Positions 38,969 through 49,302 of a DNA stretch of 64,000 nucleotides are shown here, piece after piece. The position numbers were made by a program, and so were the translations under genes. Source of the DNA: a candidate division WWE3 bacterium (GTDB lineage: Bacteria > Patescibacteriota > WWE3 > 2-01-FULL-39-13). The stretch's first letter is position 1; the number at the start of each line of letters is the position of its first letter. Below the pieces are notes generated by a model. That model was not told where the DNA came from. It made no database searches and was given only the letters and a program-made list of their open reading frames with translations. Location: the NCBI GenBank assembly GCA_943354835.1, contig CALRDH010000003.1, positions 12,939 to 76,938 of the forward strand, read 5' to 3'.

Positions 38969-41128
38969 TTATTTAGTACTTCCTAGCAAGACGTCTGATT
39001 TAGAAGATCCGTCTACTGTCACAAAAAAGCCAGAATCATCATAATCAACAACTATCTTGCTACCTTTTTTAGCAATATCATCAATAATTGCTTCTGAAAT
39101 CTTATTTTCTACACTTTTTTGAATCAGACGCTTTAATGGCCTTGCTCCCATATCCAAACTATAACCATCTTTCACCAAAGAATCTTTAGCCTTTTTTGTA
39201 ACTGAAACCTCAATATCACTTTCTGAAAGCAATTTAGCGACAGAATTTATCTCAATATCAACAATTTCTTTAACTTCAGACTCGCTTAACGGCTTGAATA
39301 TAATAATATCGTCAATACGATTCAAAAATTCAGGTTTAAACCTATTTTTTAGAGAATCTTGCAGACTATGCTTTATTCTTTTGTAAGCATCCTCAACTTT
39401 ATCGTCACTTTCAACATTCATGCTTAATTCTGAAAAACCAATCTTTGCGTGGTTTAAAAATTCAGAACCAACATTTGAAGTCAAAATAATTATTGTATTT
39501 TTGAAATCTACAAGACGACCATGCCCGTCTGTAAGCCTGCCATCATCCATAATTTGCAAAAGTGAATTGAAAATATCTGGATGCGCTTTTTCTACTTCAT
39601 CAAATAAAATAACGCTAAAAGGTTTTCGTCTAACCTTTTCTGTTAATTGACCGCCTTCATCGTATCCGACATAACCAGGAGGCGATCCAATAAGTCTTGC
39701 AACATTATGTCTTTCGTTATATTCACTCATATCAACACGAATAAGATAATCTTCAGATCCATATAAAACTGTTGCTAAAGCCTTTGCCATTTGCGTTTTA
39801 CCAACCCCAGTTGGGCCTAAAAACATAAAAACACCAATTGGTCTATTAAGTGGCTTAACACCAGCTCTTGCTCTTCTTATCGACTGTGAAACTATCTCTA
39901 CGGCCTCTTTTTGACCAACAACCATTTTCCCCATTTCGGATTCAAGATTTTTGAGCTTCTTTTTTTCATCTAGCGATAATTCACTAAGAGGAATTCCGGT
40001 TGCAGTAGAAACTACAGCTGCAACATGTTCAACTTTCAAAATTGGGACATTTTCAAGCTTAGTTTGGACCCATAAAGCTGTAAGTTCGTTTTTGACTTGG
40101 CTTAATAATGTAATTTTATCCTCGATCACTTGTCTTTTAACATCGTCTATTTCTTTTCTTGATTGATCTTCTAAACTTTCAATCTGCGTTAAAACTTCCC
40201 TTAAATTTTCAGGCTCTTTTAACGAAAGTTGAAGTCTTAAACCTGCGCCTGCTTCATCTATTAGATCAATTGCTTTATCAGGTTGAAATCTATCTGAAAC
40301 ATATCTTGAAGAAAGCTTTACAGCTGCCTCTAAAGCTTCATCGCTGATTATTATCTTATGATGTTCCTCATATCTTTTTCTTAAACCCTCAAGGATTTTA
40401 AATGTGTGTTCAGGTGAAGGTTCTTCTACCAAGATTTGTTGAAACCTTCTTTCTAAGGCTGCGTCTTTTTCTATAATTCTATATTCCTTTAGCGTTGTTG
40501 CACCAATCAATTGCAGTTCACCACGTGCCAAATAGGGCTTTAAAATATTAGATGCATCCATTGAACCTTGTGCACTTCCAGCACCGACCAATGAATGAAC
40601 CTCATCTATAAATAAAATTACCTGACCTTTTGTTTTTATAACTTCTTCAATAACTTCTTTTAACCTTTTTTCAAAAGATCCACGGTGAACAGTTCCTGCA
40701 AGCATTGCTGCTAAATCAAGTGCTACTAAGCGCTTTTTTCGCAAAGGCTCTGGAACCATATTTTGAACTAACTTTTGAGCAAGGCCTTCTACAATTGCTG
40801 TTTTTCCAACACCAGGCTCACCAATTAAAACTGGATTATTCTTTTTACGTCTTGATAAGATATGAATAACACGATCAATTTCTGCTTCACGTCCAATAAC
40901 AGGATCAAGATTTCCTTCTCTTGCATATTCTGTTAAATCTTTGCTGAATTGATTTAATGATTCTGTACCTTCTGATTCTTTTTGAAGCTCCGAAAAACAC
41001 TGATCACACAATGGCATATAGACAAGTCGCCCATTAATATTCATTGCTGTTTGTTGTTTTGCTTCCCTCTTTCTACAGTTGGAACACACGACCATAATTT
41101 TACCTTTCCCCAAAATATTATCACTCAA
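38969..41128 (-). CDS. ClpC/ClpB-like Hsp100 AAA+ chaperone with N-terminal C4 zinc ribbon (no Clp_N repeats)
   Basis: 'CSNCRKREAKQQ ... MPLCDQCF'. D1 'LIGEPGVGKTAIVEGLA' and 'ILFIDEVHSLVGAG'. A coiled-coil middle region. D2 'FMFLGPTGVGKTQMAKALA' and 'ILFDEVEKAH'. Confidence 0.85.
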   Translation of the reverse strand: MSDNILGKGKIMVVCSNCRKREAKQQTAMNINGRLVYMPLCDQCFSELQKESEGTESLNQFSKDLTEYAREGNLDPVIGREAEIDRVIHILSRRKKNNPVLIGEPGVGKTAIVEGLAQKLVQNMVPEPLRKKRLVALDLAAMLAGTVHRGSFEKRLKEVIEEVIKTKGQVILFIDEVHSLVGAGSAQGSMDASNILKPYLARGELQLIGATTLKEYRIIEKDAALERRFQQILVEEPSPEHTFKILEGLRKRYEEHHKIIISDEALEAAVKLSSRYVSDRFQPDKAIDLIDEAGAGLRLQLSLKEPENLREVLTQIESLEDQSRKEIDDVKRQVIEDKITLLSQVKNELTALWVQTKLENVPILKVEHVAAVVSTATGIPLSELSLDEKKKLKNLESEMGKMVVGQKEAVEIVSQSIRRARAGVKPLNRPIGVFMFLGPTGVGKTQMAKALATVLYGSEDYLIRVDMSEYNERHNVARLIGSPPGYVGYDEGGQLTEKVRRKPFSVILFDEVEKAHPDIFNSLLQIMDDGRLTDGHGRLVDFKNTIIILTSNVGSEFLNHAKIGFSELSMNVESDDKVEDAYKRIKHSLQDSLKNRFKPEFLNRIDDIIIFKPLSESEVKEIVDIEINSVAKLLSESDIEVSVTKKAKDSLVKDGYSLDMGARPLKRLIQKSVENKISEAIIDDIAKKGSKIVVDYDDSGFFVTVDGSSKSDVLLGSTK

Positions 41129-41151
41129 AGGCGATCATTGCCAGAATCAAT

Positions 41152-44100
41152 TTACCCCCAATTTATACTAACTACAAGAGGCATTTTTGAAACCATATCC
41201 AAAAGAATTTCCTTCTTAACGTTCTTTTTCATTTTAAATTTTCTTATCTTCCCACCACTTGGAATATTTAATACTACTTCTATATTTCCCGGATTTTCAA
41301 AAAGCAAATCTCGAAGCTGCTCAAGATCGCTTGAAGTCGCGTGCTCAATAATTTCTAATGTTGCGACTTCTGTTTTTGACATTTTTGGCATTTCAAATTC
41401 CGAAACATCAGTATTTTCTGAATCATCTGCAATAACCCTAACCATATTAACTATTAATGTCATTTCTCCATTTCGCATATTACATTTTCCACGAACCAAA
41501 GCAACATCGCCTGCTTTTATAATATCTTTGTATTTTATATAATCCCTTGGAAACAAAACCGCCTCAATTGTTTTGTAAGTGTCTTCAAGTGTCAAAAACG
41601 CCATTGCGTCACCACTTTTAGTCGATATCTTTTTGATACTTGAGATTAAACATCCTACAGCAACGTCTTGAGCATCCTTTAGATCGACTTTACCAAGAAC
41701 GGAAATATTCAATTTCGCAAGCTTTGAAGCAATATTTTGCATAGGATGAGAAGTAAAATAGATTCCGAGCAAATCTTTTTCCCAACTTAAACGATCAGAA
41801 AGTTTAGCTTTTGGAACATCAGGCAATATAGTTGCTTTTACAATTTTTACAGCACCATCTGAACCTCCAAACATACCAAGCTGACCTGCTTTGTTTTTTT
41901 GAATTTCTTTTGAGCTTGAGGATAAAATTCCAGGGTACGCAGAAAGCATTGAAGCAATATCGCCAAAAGAATCCATTGCTCCTACTTTAATTAGTGACTC
42001 AAGCGTCCTTGAGTTTGCGGTTGAAACTCGCATGCAAACTTCATCTAGGCTTTTAAATTCACCGTTTTCGTTGCGTTCTTTAATAATTTCAGAAACAACG
42101 TTGGCCCCAACATTTTTAATTCCATCAAGTCCATACCTAATTCCAGAATCACCTTCTGGAACAAATTCAGCATGACTTTTATTAATATCAGGAGGCAAAA
42201 TCGCAAGTCCGATGTGTTTTGCTTCTTCTAAAGCCACAATAAGTTTATCTGGATGGCTCATGTCGGCTGTTAATCTTGCACACATAAATTCAACAGGAAA
42301 ATGTGCTTTCAAATAGGCAGTCCAATAACCAATAACTCCATATGCCGCAGAGTGGGCTTTATTAAATCCATAGTTTGCAAATTCGACCATATACTCAAAA
42401 AGCTTCTTTCCAATTTCTTCTGTGTAACCATTTTTTATACAACCATCAACGAATGTTTTTTCTTGTGCATTCATTATTGCCATGACTTTTTTACCCATAG
42501 CTCTTCGCAAAATATCGGCTTGACCCATTGAATAGCCTGCAATATCCACTGCAATTCTAATAACTTGCTCTTGATAAATTAAATATCCATATGTATTTCC
42601 TAAAATTGGCTTTAGTTCTGGTATTAAGTATTCCTGATCTTTTTTACCGTGCTTGCAATCAATATATGGTTGTATAAATTGCATTGGGCCTGGCCTATAG
42701 GCGGCGGCCATAAAACAAAGATCTTCCAAATTTTCAGGATGGAGTTCTTTTAGATATCTTTTCATTCCAGCTGATTCAAATTGGAAAACTGCAGTTGTGT
42801 TTCCTTCTTGAAATAACTTGAAAGTTTTTTCATCATCTTCAGGAATTGTGTAAATATCAATTTCTTGACCTGTACGTTTTTTTATTAACTTTAAGGCATA
42901 ATCAATAATCGATAAGTTTGAAAGTCCAAGAAAATCAAATTTCATGAGGCCTAAATATTCAAGCGGAGCAAATTCGATTTGAGTTATAACTTTTTCGCTT
43001 GTTCCAGTTTCTGTTTGAAGCGGAACATACTCAACATTTGGCTTTGGAGTTATTAAATGACCACAAGCATGAGTTGAAACATGCCTACAAAGTCCATCTA
43101 TCTTCGAAACAACTCGGGCCATTTCAGAAAGTCTTGGACTTGACTCAACAATACCTTTAAATTCGTGATTATGCTCAATCATCCAATCAATTGCTTTTGG
43201 CTTTCCATAAACTACTTCAACAAGTTTTGATAATGTATCTGCAGTTGAAAGATCAATTCCCATAACACGAGAAACATCACGTATAGCATTTCGAGTTTTA
43301 AGTCTTCCAAAAGCAGCGACTCCGCAAAGATTTTCTTTACCATATTTTTCTTCGACATAAGAAATAAGCTCGGAACGACGATTATCTTGAATATCCATAT
43401 CAATATCAGGAGGACTTTCGCGCTCTGGATTTAAAAACCTTTCAAAATATAACTCCCATTTAATTGGTTCTATATTTATAATTTCTAAACAATATGCAAC
43501 AACGCTTCCGCCAACAGAACCCCTTGCCCCTACAATAATTCCTTTGCTTCTTGCCCATTTCATCATGTCAGAAACGACTAAAAAGTAATCATCATAACCT
43601 TTGTCATGTATAACAGTAAGTTCTTCTTCCAAACGAGATTTTAATTCTTCAGTGATTTCGCCATATTTAATTTCTGCACCAGAATAAGCCATCTCTCTTA
43701 GAACATCTCCTGCAGTTTTTCCTTTTGGAATATCTGGAAATGATGGCTGAACGCGATCATATGTAATATCGTAATCCTCAACAGAATCAGCTAGTCTTTG
43801 TGTGTTTATTATTACCTCTGGTAGATCAGAAAAAATTTCAGACATCTCTTCTGTGGTTTTTATATATGTGTGTTTATATGGAAGCCTTCTTGTCGGATCT
43901 TCCAAAGTTTTTCCATCTTTGATTGCAAATAAGACTTCTTGCGTAAATTCATCTGAATCATCAAGATAATGTGCATCTGTTGTAGCGATTAGTGGGAGAT
44001 TATATTCTTTTGACCACTTTATTAATTCTGTGTTGATTGCTGATTGCTCCTTCATAAAATCAGTTGCATCTTTTGGCAATACGTCAGAACCAGAAAGCCC

Positions 44101-44646
44101 GTGTCTTTGAAGTTCCAAATAAAAATTGTCTTTATAAACTTTCGATAAATATTCAAGCCATTCTTTTGCTTTATTATTTTGTCCTGCAAGAATATGGCGA
44201 CCTAAAGGGCCTGCTGGGCAAGCCGACGTGCAAATTAAGCCTTCAGAATATTTTTCAAGAATTTCTTTATCCACTCTTGGCCTATAATAAAAACCTTCGA
44301 GATGACCAATTGAAACAAGCTTTATAAGGTTGTGATATCCGACTAGGTTTTTTGCTAACAAAACCAAGTGATAATATCTAATACCATCAACATCTTGGCG
44401 AAGCGTTCTTTCAGTTGGCGCAACATAAATCTCACAGCCTATAATTGGCTTAACTCCGCCTTCGTGACAAGCTTTCCAAAATTCAAACATTCCATACATA
44501 ACACCGTGATCAGTTAAAGCAACTGCGTTCATTCCTGAATTTTTTACCTTTTCAACAAGCTTTGGAATTTTATTTAATCCATCAAGCATTGAATATTCAG
44601 TATGTACATGCAAATGAACAAATGAAGGTTTAATTTCTTCGGACAT
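41152..44646 (-). CDS. dnaE: DNA polymerase III subunit alpha (DnaE-type)
   Basis: N-terminal PHP domain 'FVHLHVHTEYSMLDG'. 1164 aa with polymerase core, OB fold and C-terminal tail. Confidence 0.95.
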   Translation of the reverse strand: MSEEIKPSFVHLHVHTEYSMLDGLNKIPKLVEKVKNSGMNAVALTDHGVMYGMFEFWKACHEGGVKPIIGCEIYVAPTERTLRQDVDGIRYYHLVLLAKNLVGYHNLIKLVSIGHLEGFYYRPRVDKEILEKYSEGLICTSACPAGPLGRHILAGQNNKAKEWLEYLSKVYKDNFYLELQRHGLSGSDVLPKDATDFMKEQSAINTELIKWSKEYNLPLIATTDAHYLDDSDEFTQEVLFAIKDGKTLEDPTRRLPYKHTYIKTTEEMSEIFSDLPEVIINTQRLADSVEDYDITYDRVQPSFPDIPKGKTAGDVLREMAYSGAEIKYGEITEELKSRLEEELTVIHDKGYDDYFLVVSDMMKWARSKGIIVGARGSVGGSVVAYCLEIINIEPIKWELYFERFLNPERESPPDIDMDIQDNRRSELISYVEEKYGKENLCGVAAFGRLKTRNAIRDVSRVMGIDLSTADTLSKLVEVVYGKPKAIDWMIEHNHEFKGIVESSPRLSEMARVVSKIDGLCRHVSTHACGHLITPKPNVEYVPLQTETGTSEKVITQIEFAPLEYLGLMKFDFLGLSNLSIIDYALKLIKKRTGQEIDIYTIPEDDEKTFKLFQEGNTTAVFQFESAGMKRYLKELHPENLEDLCFMAAAYRPGPMQFIQPYIDCKHGKKDQEYLIPELKPILGNTYGYLIYQEQVIRIAVDIAGYSMGQADILRRAMGKKVMAIMNAQEKTFVDGCIKNGYTEEIGKKLFEYMVEFANYGFNKAHSAAYGVIGYWTAYLKAHFPVEFMCARLTADMSHPDKLIVALEEAKHIGLAILPPDINKSHAEFVPEGDSGIRYGLDGIKNVGANVVSEIIKERNENGEFKSLDEVCMRVSTANSRTLESLIKVGAMDSFGDIASMLSAYPGILSSSSKEIQKNKAGQLGMFGGSDGAVKIVKATILPDVPKAKLSDRLSWEKDLLGIYFTSHPMQNIASKLAKLNISVLGKVDLKDAQDVAVGCLISSIKKISTKSGDAMAFLTLEDTYKTIEAVLFPRDYIKYKDIIKAGDVALVRGKCNMRNGEMTLIVNMVRVIADDSENTDVSEFEMPKMSKTEVATLEIIEHATSSDLEQLRDLLFENPGNIEVVLNIPSGGKIRKFKMKKNVKKEILLDMVSKMPLVVSINWG

Positions 44647-44651
44647 AAAAA

Positions 44652-46313
44652 CTATTTTAGCAGAGAGGCTTTTATAAACTCTATAAAAAGCGGATGTGGA
44701 TCTAAAGGCCTTGATTTATATTCAGGATGGCCTTGTGTTGCAATAAAAAACGGATGCTTTTCTTTTGGAAGCTCAATAAATTCTACAAAAAAATTATCAG
44801 GAGATGTTCCAGAAACAACAAGACCTGCTTTTTCTAATTTTTCTCTATATGCATTGTTAAATTCATACCTATGACGATGTCTTTCACGTACTAGACCATC
44901 TTTACCTTTTTCAAACTTATTATGTTCTTTATAAATTTCATAGGCTAATGAATCTTTTTTCAAAATACAATCAAAAGTTCCAAGCCTCATCGAACATCCG
45001 TCTCCTTTTATAGTTTGATATTTCGCATCAAAAGGAATTTCATAAATTATTGGATTATCTGTATCTGGATTTACTTCTACTGTATTCGCATCGGATAAAC
45101 CCAAAACATCCCTGGCAAATTCAACGCAAGCAAGTTGCATACCATAGCAAAGACCCAAATATGGAATTTTATTTTCGCGTGCAAATTTAATCGCCTCTAT
45201 TTTGCCATCAACTCCGCGTGAACCCCAACCTATAGGGACTATAATTCCATCTGCATCCTTTAATGCCACATCCATGTTTCCGGCTTCTAGTTCTGAATTT
45301 ACAAATAAAAGCTCAACTTGCGTGTCATTAAAAACACTTGCGTGCTCGATAGATTTAACAAGAGCATAATATGAATCAATCAATTGAGAATTTCCAGTCG
45401 AAAAATACTTTCCAACGATTGCAATCTTTACTTTATTCTTCATTTTAGACTTAAGCGTATTTACATAATTTTCCCAGCTACTTAAATCAATTTCTGGTTT
45501 TTCTTTCATATCAAAGAATTTTAAAATCCTTGAATCTAGGCCTTGTTCATGAAGCCTTAATGGAACTCTGTCAGCTGTATCAAGATTTTCGTTTGAAAAA
45601 ATATCCTCTTTTAATATGTCAAATTTATGTGAAAACTTATATTTTCTTTGATCATCAATAGGAATTTCACTTCGAATAACTAAGAAATCAGGATAAATTC
45701 CCATTGTCATTAAAGCTTTTATTCCAAATTGTGCTGGTTTTGTTTTCGGTTCTCCTACATGAACAGGAACTGGAACATATGTAACATGAACATGCGCAAC
45801 AGGAGCCTTTTTGGCAAGTCTTCTTGCGGCCTCATAATATAGACCATTATTGTTTTCGTATTCGCCAACGGTTCCACCAAGCTCGATGACTATAAAATCG
45901 GCCTTACTATTTTCGGCCGCAACCATATATCTTCTAATAATTTCATTAACGACATCTGGATTTGGCTCGACATCTTCGCCGTTATATTTCATCTGGCGCT
46001 CATCATTAATTACCTTAAGATAAAGCTGTCCCATAGTTATAAAATTATCGTACCCGACTTCTTGCTCGAGGAATCTTTCATAGTTTCCCAAATCTATGTC
46101 AGACTCACATCCATCAAAACACAAAAATGGATCACCGTGTTCAATAGGGTTAATTGTTCCGAAATCAACGTTTAAATTATTCTCGCATTTAATTGGACAA
46201 ACAGTGTATCCGTGCTTTTTTAGAAGCATTGAAATTGATGCAGAAGTTACTCCTTTTCCTAAAGCGCTCATAACACCACCAGAAACAAATATAAATTTTG
46301 GAGAAGTACTCAT
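44652..46313 (-). CDS. pyrG: CTP synthase
   Basis: 'KFIFVSGGVMSALGKGVTSASI' synthetase domain and C-terminal GATase 'LGLCYGMQLACVEFAR' with catalytic Cys. Confidence 0.95.
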   Translation of the reverse strand: MSTSPKFIFVSGGVMSALGKGVTSASISMLLKKHGYTVCPIKCENNLNVDFGTINPIEHGDPFLCFDGCESDIDLGNYERFLEQEVGYDNFITMGQLYLKVINDERQMKYNGEDVEPNPDVVNEIIRRYMVAAENSKADFIVIELGGTVGEYENNNGLYYEAARRLAKKAPVAHVHVTYVPVPVHVGEPKTKPAQFGIKALMTMGIYPDFLVIRSEIPIDDQRKYKFSHKFDILKEDIFSNENLDTADRVPLRLHEQGLDSRILKFFDMKEKPEIDLSSWENYVNTLKSKMKNKVKIAIVGKYFSTGNSQLIDSYYALVKSIEHASVFNDTQVELLFVNSELEAGNMDVALKDADGIIVPIGWGSRGVDGKIEAIKFARENKIPYLGLCYGMQLACVEFARDVLGLSDANTVEVNPDTDNPIIYEIPFDAKYQTIKGDGCSMRLGTFDCILKKDSLAYEIYKEHNKFEKGKDGLVRERHRHRYEFNNAYREKLEKAGLVVSGTSPDNFFVEFIELPKEKHPFFIATQGHPEYKSRPLDPHPLFIEFIKASLLK

Positions 46314-46342
46314 TTAGTGATTCTATCAGAAAGATCACAGAA

Positions 46343-47623
46343 TCAAGCTAGGAGTTTATTCAATATTGAAGCGACAATTTGAGCATCAGCCTTACCTTGA
46401 GTAGACTTCATAACTTGACCAATTAAAAATTGCATTGCAGAAGCATTTCCCGACTTAAAATCAGAAACAACTTTTGAGTTTTCATTTATAACTGTTTCCA
46501 CTATAGGGGAAAGAATAGCTTCGTCTGTTATTTTCGATGTTTTCTTTAACTTTTCTATTTTGTCGATTTCTAAAGGCGACTTTTCTTTGTATTCAGATAT
46601 ATTTACGACAAAGTTCGCGGACTCTGAAGGGGAATAACCTAAATCCATAACAGCCAAATACTTTTCATACAAAGAAAAGTCGCCAACTAGTCTTAAAATA
46701 TATTGGTCATTCAAACCTTTTTCTTTTAATTTCAATCTTAATTCTGAAGGAAGCAAAACGTCTCGCGTCGTAATTTCGGACATCCATTTATCATCGACCT
46801 CTATTTCTGGAATATCTGGTTCAGGGAAATATCTATAATCATTTGCTTCTTCTTTGCTTCTTTGCGAAAAAGTTTTGCCTGTAACTTCATTAAATCCACG
46901 CGTTTCTTGAACAAGCACTTCGCCATTAACTAAAGTTTCAGCCTGACGTCGCAATTCATGCTGCAATGCTTTTTTCATAAACGAAAATGAATTAATATTT
47001 TTCATTTCAACTCTATAATTTGGAAGTTCAACTTGTCCCGGCTTTCTAACTGAAATGTTTGCCTCAAGCCTCATATTGCCTTTTTCCATATCCGCTTCGC
47101 TTACACCAAGATATCTTGCTATTAATTGGATTTCTTTGCAGAATTCAACAGCTTGATCAATATCAGTAAAATCTGGCTCCGTTACAATTTCTAAAAGCGG
47201 AACTCCGGACTTATTAAAATCGATTAATGTTAAATCGTCTGTATGTATTGATTTTGCAGTGTCTTCTTCTAAATGAATTTCCCTAAAATTTATGCCGTTT
47301 AAACTTCCACCAACTGCGATTGGATTATGTGGACATGTTAATTGAAATCCTTTTGGCAAATCAGGATAAAAATAATTTTTTCTTTCATATATTATTTTTG
47401 TTTGAAGTTTTGCGCCAACTGAATGTGCGAATAATTGAGCATTTTTTAAAGCATTAAGATTTGGAACCGGCATAGCCCCAGGAAGCCCCAAACAAACTGG
47501 ACAAACATTCGTATTGGCATCACTTTCAAATGGGTCATTCTTACATCCACAAAACATTTTAGAATCCGTGTTAAGTTGCATGTGAATCTCAAGACCTAAT
47601 ACCATTGAATAATCTTGTGTCAT
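46343..47623 (-). CDS. gatB: Asp/Glu-tRNA amidotransferase subunit B
   Basis: 'VLGLEIHMQLNTDSKMFCGC ... NTNVCPVCLGLPGAMP'. C-terminal GatB/YqeY tail 'GNASAMQFLIGQVMK'. Confidence 0.9.
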   Translation of the reverse strand: MTQDYSMVLGLEIHMQLNTDSKMFCGCKNDPFESDANTNVCPVCLGLPGAMPVPNLNALKNAQLFAHSVGAKLQTKIIYERKNYFYPDLPKGFQLTCPHNPIAVGGSLNGINFREIHLEEDTAKSIHTDDLTLIDFNKSGVPLLEIVTEPDFTDIDQAVEFCKEIQLIARYLGVSEADMEKGNMRLEANISVRKPGQVELPNYRVEMKNINSFSFMKKALQHELRRQAETLVNGEVLVQETRGFNEVTGKTFSQRSKEEANDYRYFPEPDIPEIEVDDKWMSEITTRDVLLPSELRLKLKEKGLNDQYILRLVGDFSLYEKYLAVMDLGYSPSESANFVVNISEYKEKSPLEIDKIEKLKKTSKITDEAILSPIVETVINENSKVVSDFKSGNASAMQFLIGQVMKSTQGKADAQIVASILNKLLA

Positions 47624-49011
47624 TTTGAGATCCTTTCAAAATTATATCCAAGATTGTATAAATTCTTTTCAGAAAAATGGTCACCTATAAGTTGAATTCC
47701 AACTGGCAAACCTTTGCTACTAAAGCCACATGGAAGTGATAAGGCTGGAAGACCTGCAAGATTTACTGGGACCGTCAAAATATCCATTAAATAATTTTTC
47801 ATAGGGTCATCTACAACTTCACCAATTTTAGGAGGCATTACAGGTGAAACAGGCGCCAAAATAGCATCAACTTTTTCAAATGCTTTTTTGAAATCTTGAA
47901 TAATCAGTGTTCTAACTTTTTGAGCTTTTACATAAAACTCGTCATAAAACCCTGCAGAAAGTGCATATGTTCCAATCATTATTCGCCTTTTTGCTTCATC
48001 ACCAAATTTATCTCTATCAAAACCAAATCTGATTCCATCAAATCGAGCAAGATTTGATGAAACTTCTGACAAAGTGATTACATAATACGACGCCAATGCG
48101 TATTCGCTATTTGGCAGACTTATATCAATAATTTCGGCTCCTAATTTTTCATAAATGTTAATTGCAGATTTTGTTTTTTCTAAAATTTCAGAATCAATTT
48201 CATCAGATAAATATTCTTTAACAATTCCGATTTTCTTGCCTTTGATATCAGCACCTATATTTTCTAAATAATTCTCAACTGGATGTTTTGATGTTGTTGC
48301 ATCAAATGGATCAAAACCTGCTGTTTGTGAAAGTACAAGCGCCGAGTCCTCGGCTGATGTCGTAATGTGCCCAATAGAATCAAGAGACGACGACATTGCA
48401 AATATTCCGTATCTTGAAACTCTTCCATATGTTGGTTTTATGGCAACAGTATTTGTAAACGATGCTGGATTTCGTAAAGATCCACCTGTATCTGTTCCTG
48501 TTGCAAATACAACCATTTCAGATGCTACGGCGGCCCCCGTCCCACTTGAAGAACCCCCTGCCACCCTACTTTTATCATATGGATTTTTTGTGGGTCCAAA
48601 ATCACTATTTTCACCAGTTGCTCCATGAGCAAAAGCATCACAATTTAATTTTCCTAAAGAAATTCCTCCAGAACTTTTTAATTTGGAAACAACAGTCGCA
48701 TCATAAACGGGAATGTAATCTTCTAATATCTTTGAAGCTGCGGTAGTTTTTACGTCTTTTGTAGAAAAAATATCCTTATGCGCAAGTGGAATTCCAAGCA
48801 AAGGCATTTTAGAAAAAAGTTCATCAAGATTTTCTGACTTTGAAATAAGATCGTCAACATTTGAAGCTTCTTTTATAGCCGAATCATTTGTAACAGTAAT
48901 AAATGCATTTATGTCGGGGTTTTCGGATTCAATTTTGTTCAAGTATGATTTTGTCAATTCCAAAGCACTAATCTCTTTGTTTTTTAATTTGGAAATTATA
49001 TCTGCAATCAT
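47620..49011 (-). CDS. gatA: Asp/Glu-tRNA amidotransferase subunit A (amidase)
   Basis: Amidase signature 'GGSSSGTGAAVASEMVVFATGTDTGGSLRNPASF'. 4-nt overlaps with gatB and gatC. Confidence 0.9.
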   Translation of the reverse strand: MIADIISKLKNKEISALELTKSYLNKIESENPDINAFITVTNDSAIKEASNVDDLISKSENLDELFSKMPLLGIPLAHKDIFSTKDVKTTAASKILEDYIPVYDATVVSKLKSSGGISLGKLNCDAFAHGATGENSDFGPTKNPYDKSRVAGGSSSGTGAAVASEMVVFATGTDTGGSLRNPASFTNTVAIKPTYGRVSRYGIFAMSSSLDSIGHITTSAEDSALVLSQTAGFDPFDATTSKHPVENYLENIGADIKGKKIGIVKEYLSDEIDSEILEKTKSAINIYEKLGAEIIDISLPNSEYALASYYVITLSEVSSNLARFDGIRFGFDRDKFGDEAKRRIMIGTYALSAGFYDEFYVKAQKVRTLIIQDFKKAFEKVDAILAPVSPVMPPKIGEVVDDPMKNYLMDILTVPVNLAGLPALSLPCGFSSKGLPVGIQLIGDHFSEKNLYNLGYNFERISK

Positions 49012-49295
49012 TTAAATACCCCTTTCGTTGCGACATGATTATTCTTCGTGTTTTTTGCATTTTTTAATACATCCTCTAATTTAAAAGTTCGTGAAGAATC
49101 GTCAACTTGGAATCTATTTTTTGTATCTGAAATTGGATGAAAAGTTGGAATTACGTTTGAAGTATCGACTTCATCAAGCTTTTTTACATATGAAAGAATC
49201 GACTTGATTTGTGAAAAAAACTTTTCGACTTCATTTTCATTTAATTGAAGTTTAGCTAGCTTCGCGATCTTTAATATTTCTTCTTTACTTATCAT
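49008..49295 (-). CDS. gatC: Asp/Glu-tRNA amidotransferase subunit C
   Basis: 95-aa 'ISKEEILKIAKLAKLQLNENEVEKFFSQIKSILSYVKKLDEVDT'. Sits in the gatCAB operon. Confidence 0.8.
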   Translation of the reverse strand: MISKEEILKIAKLAKLQLNENEVEKFFSQIKSILSYVKKLDEVDTSNVIPTFHPISDTKNRFQVDDSSRTFKLEDVLKNAKNTKNNHVATKGVFK

Positions 49296-49302
49296 AATAA
49301 TT

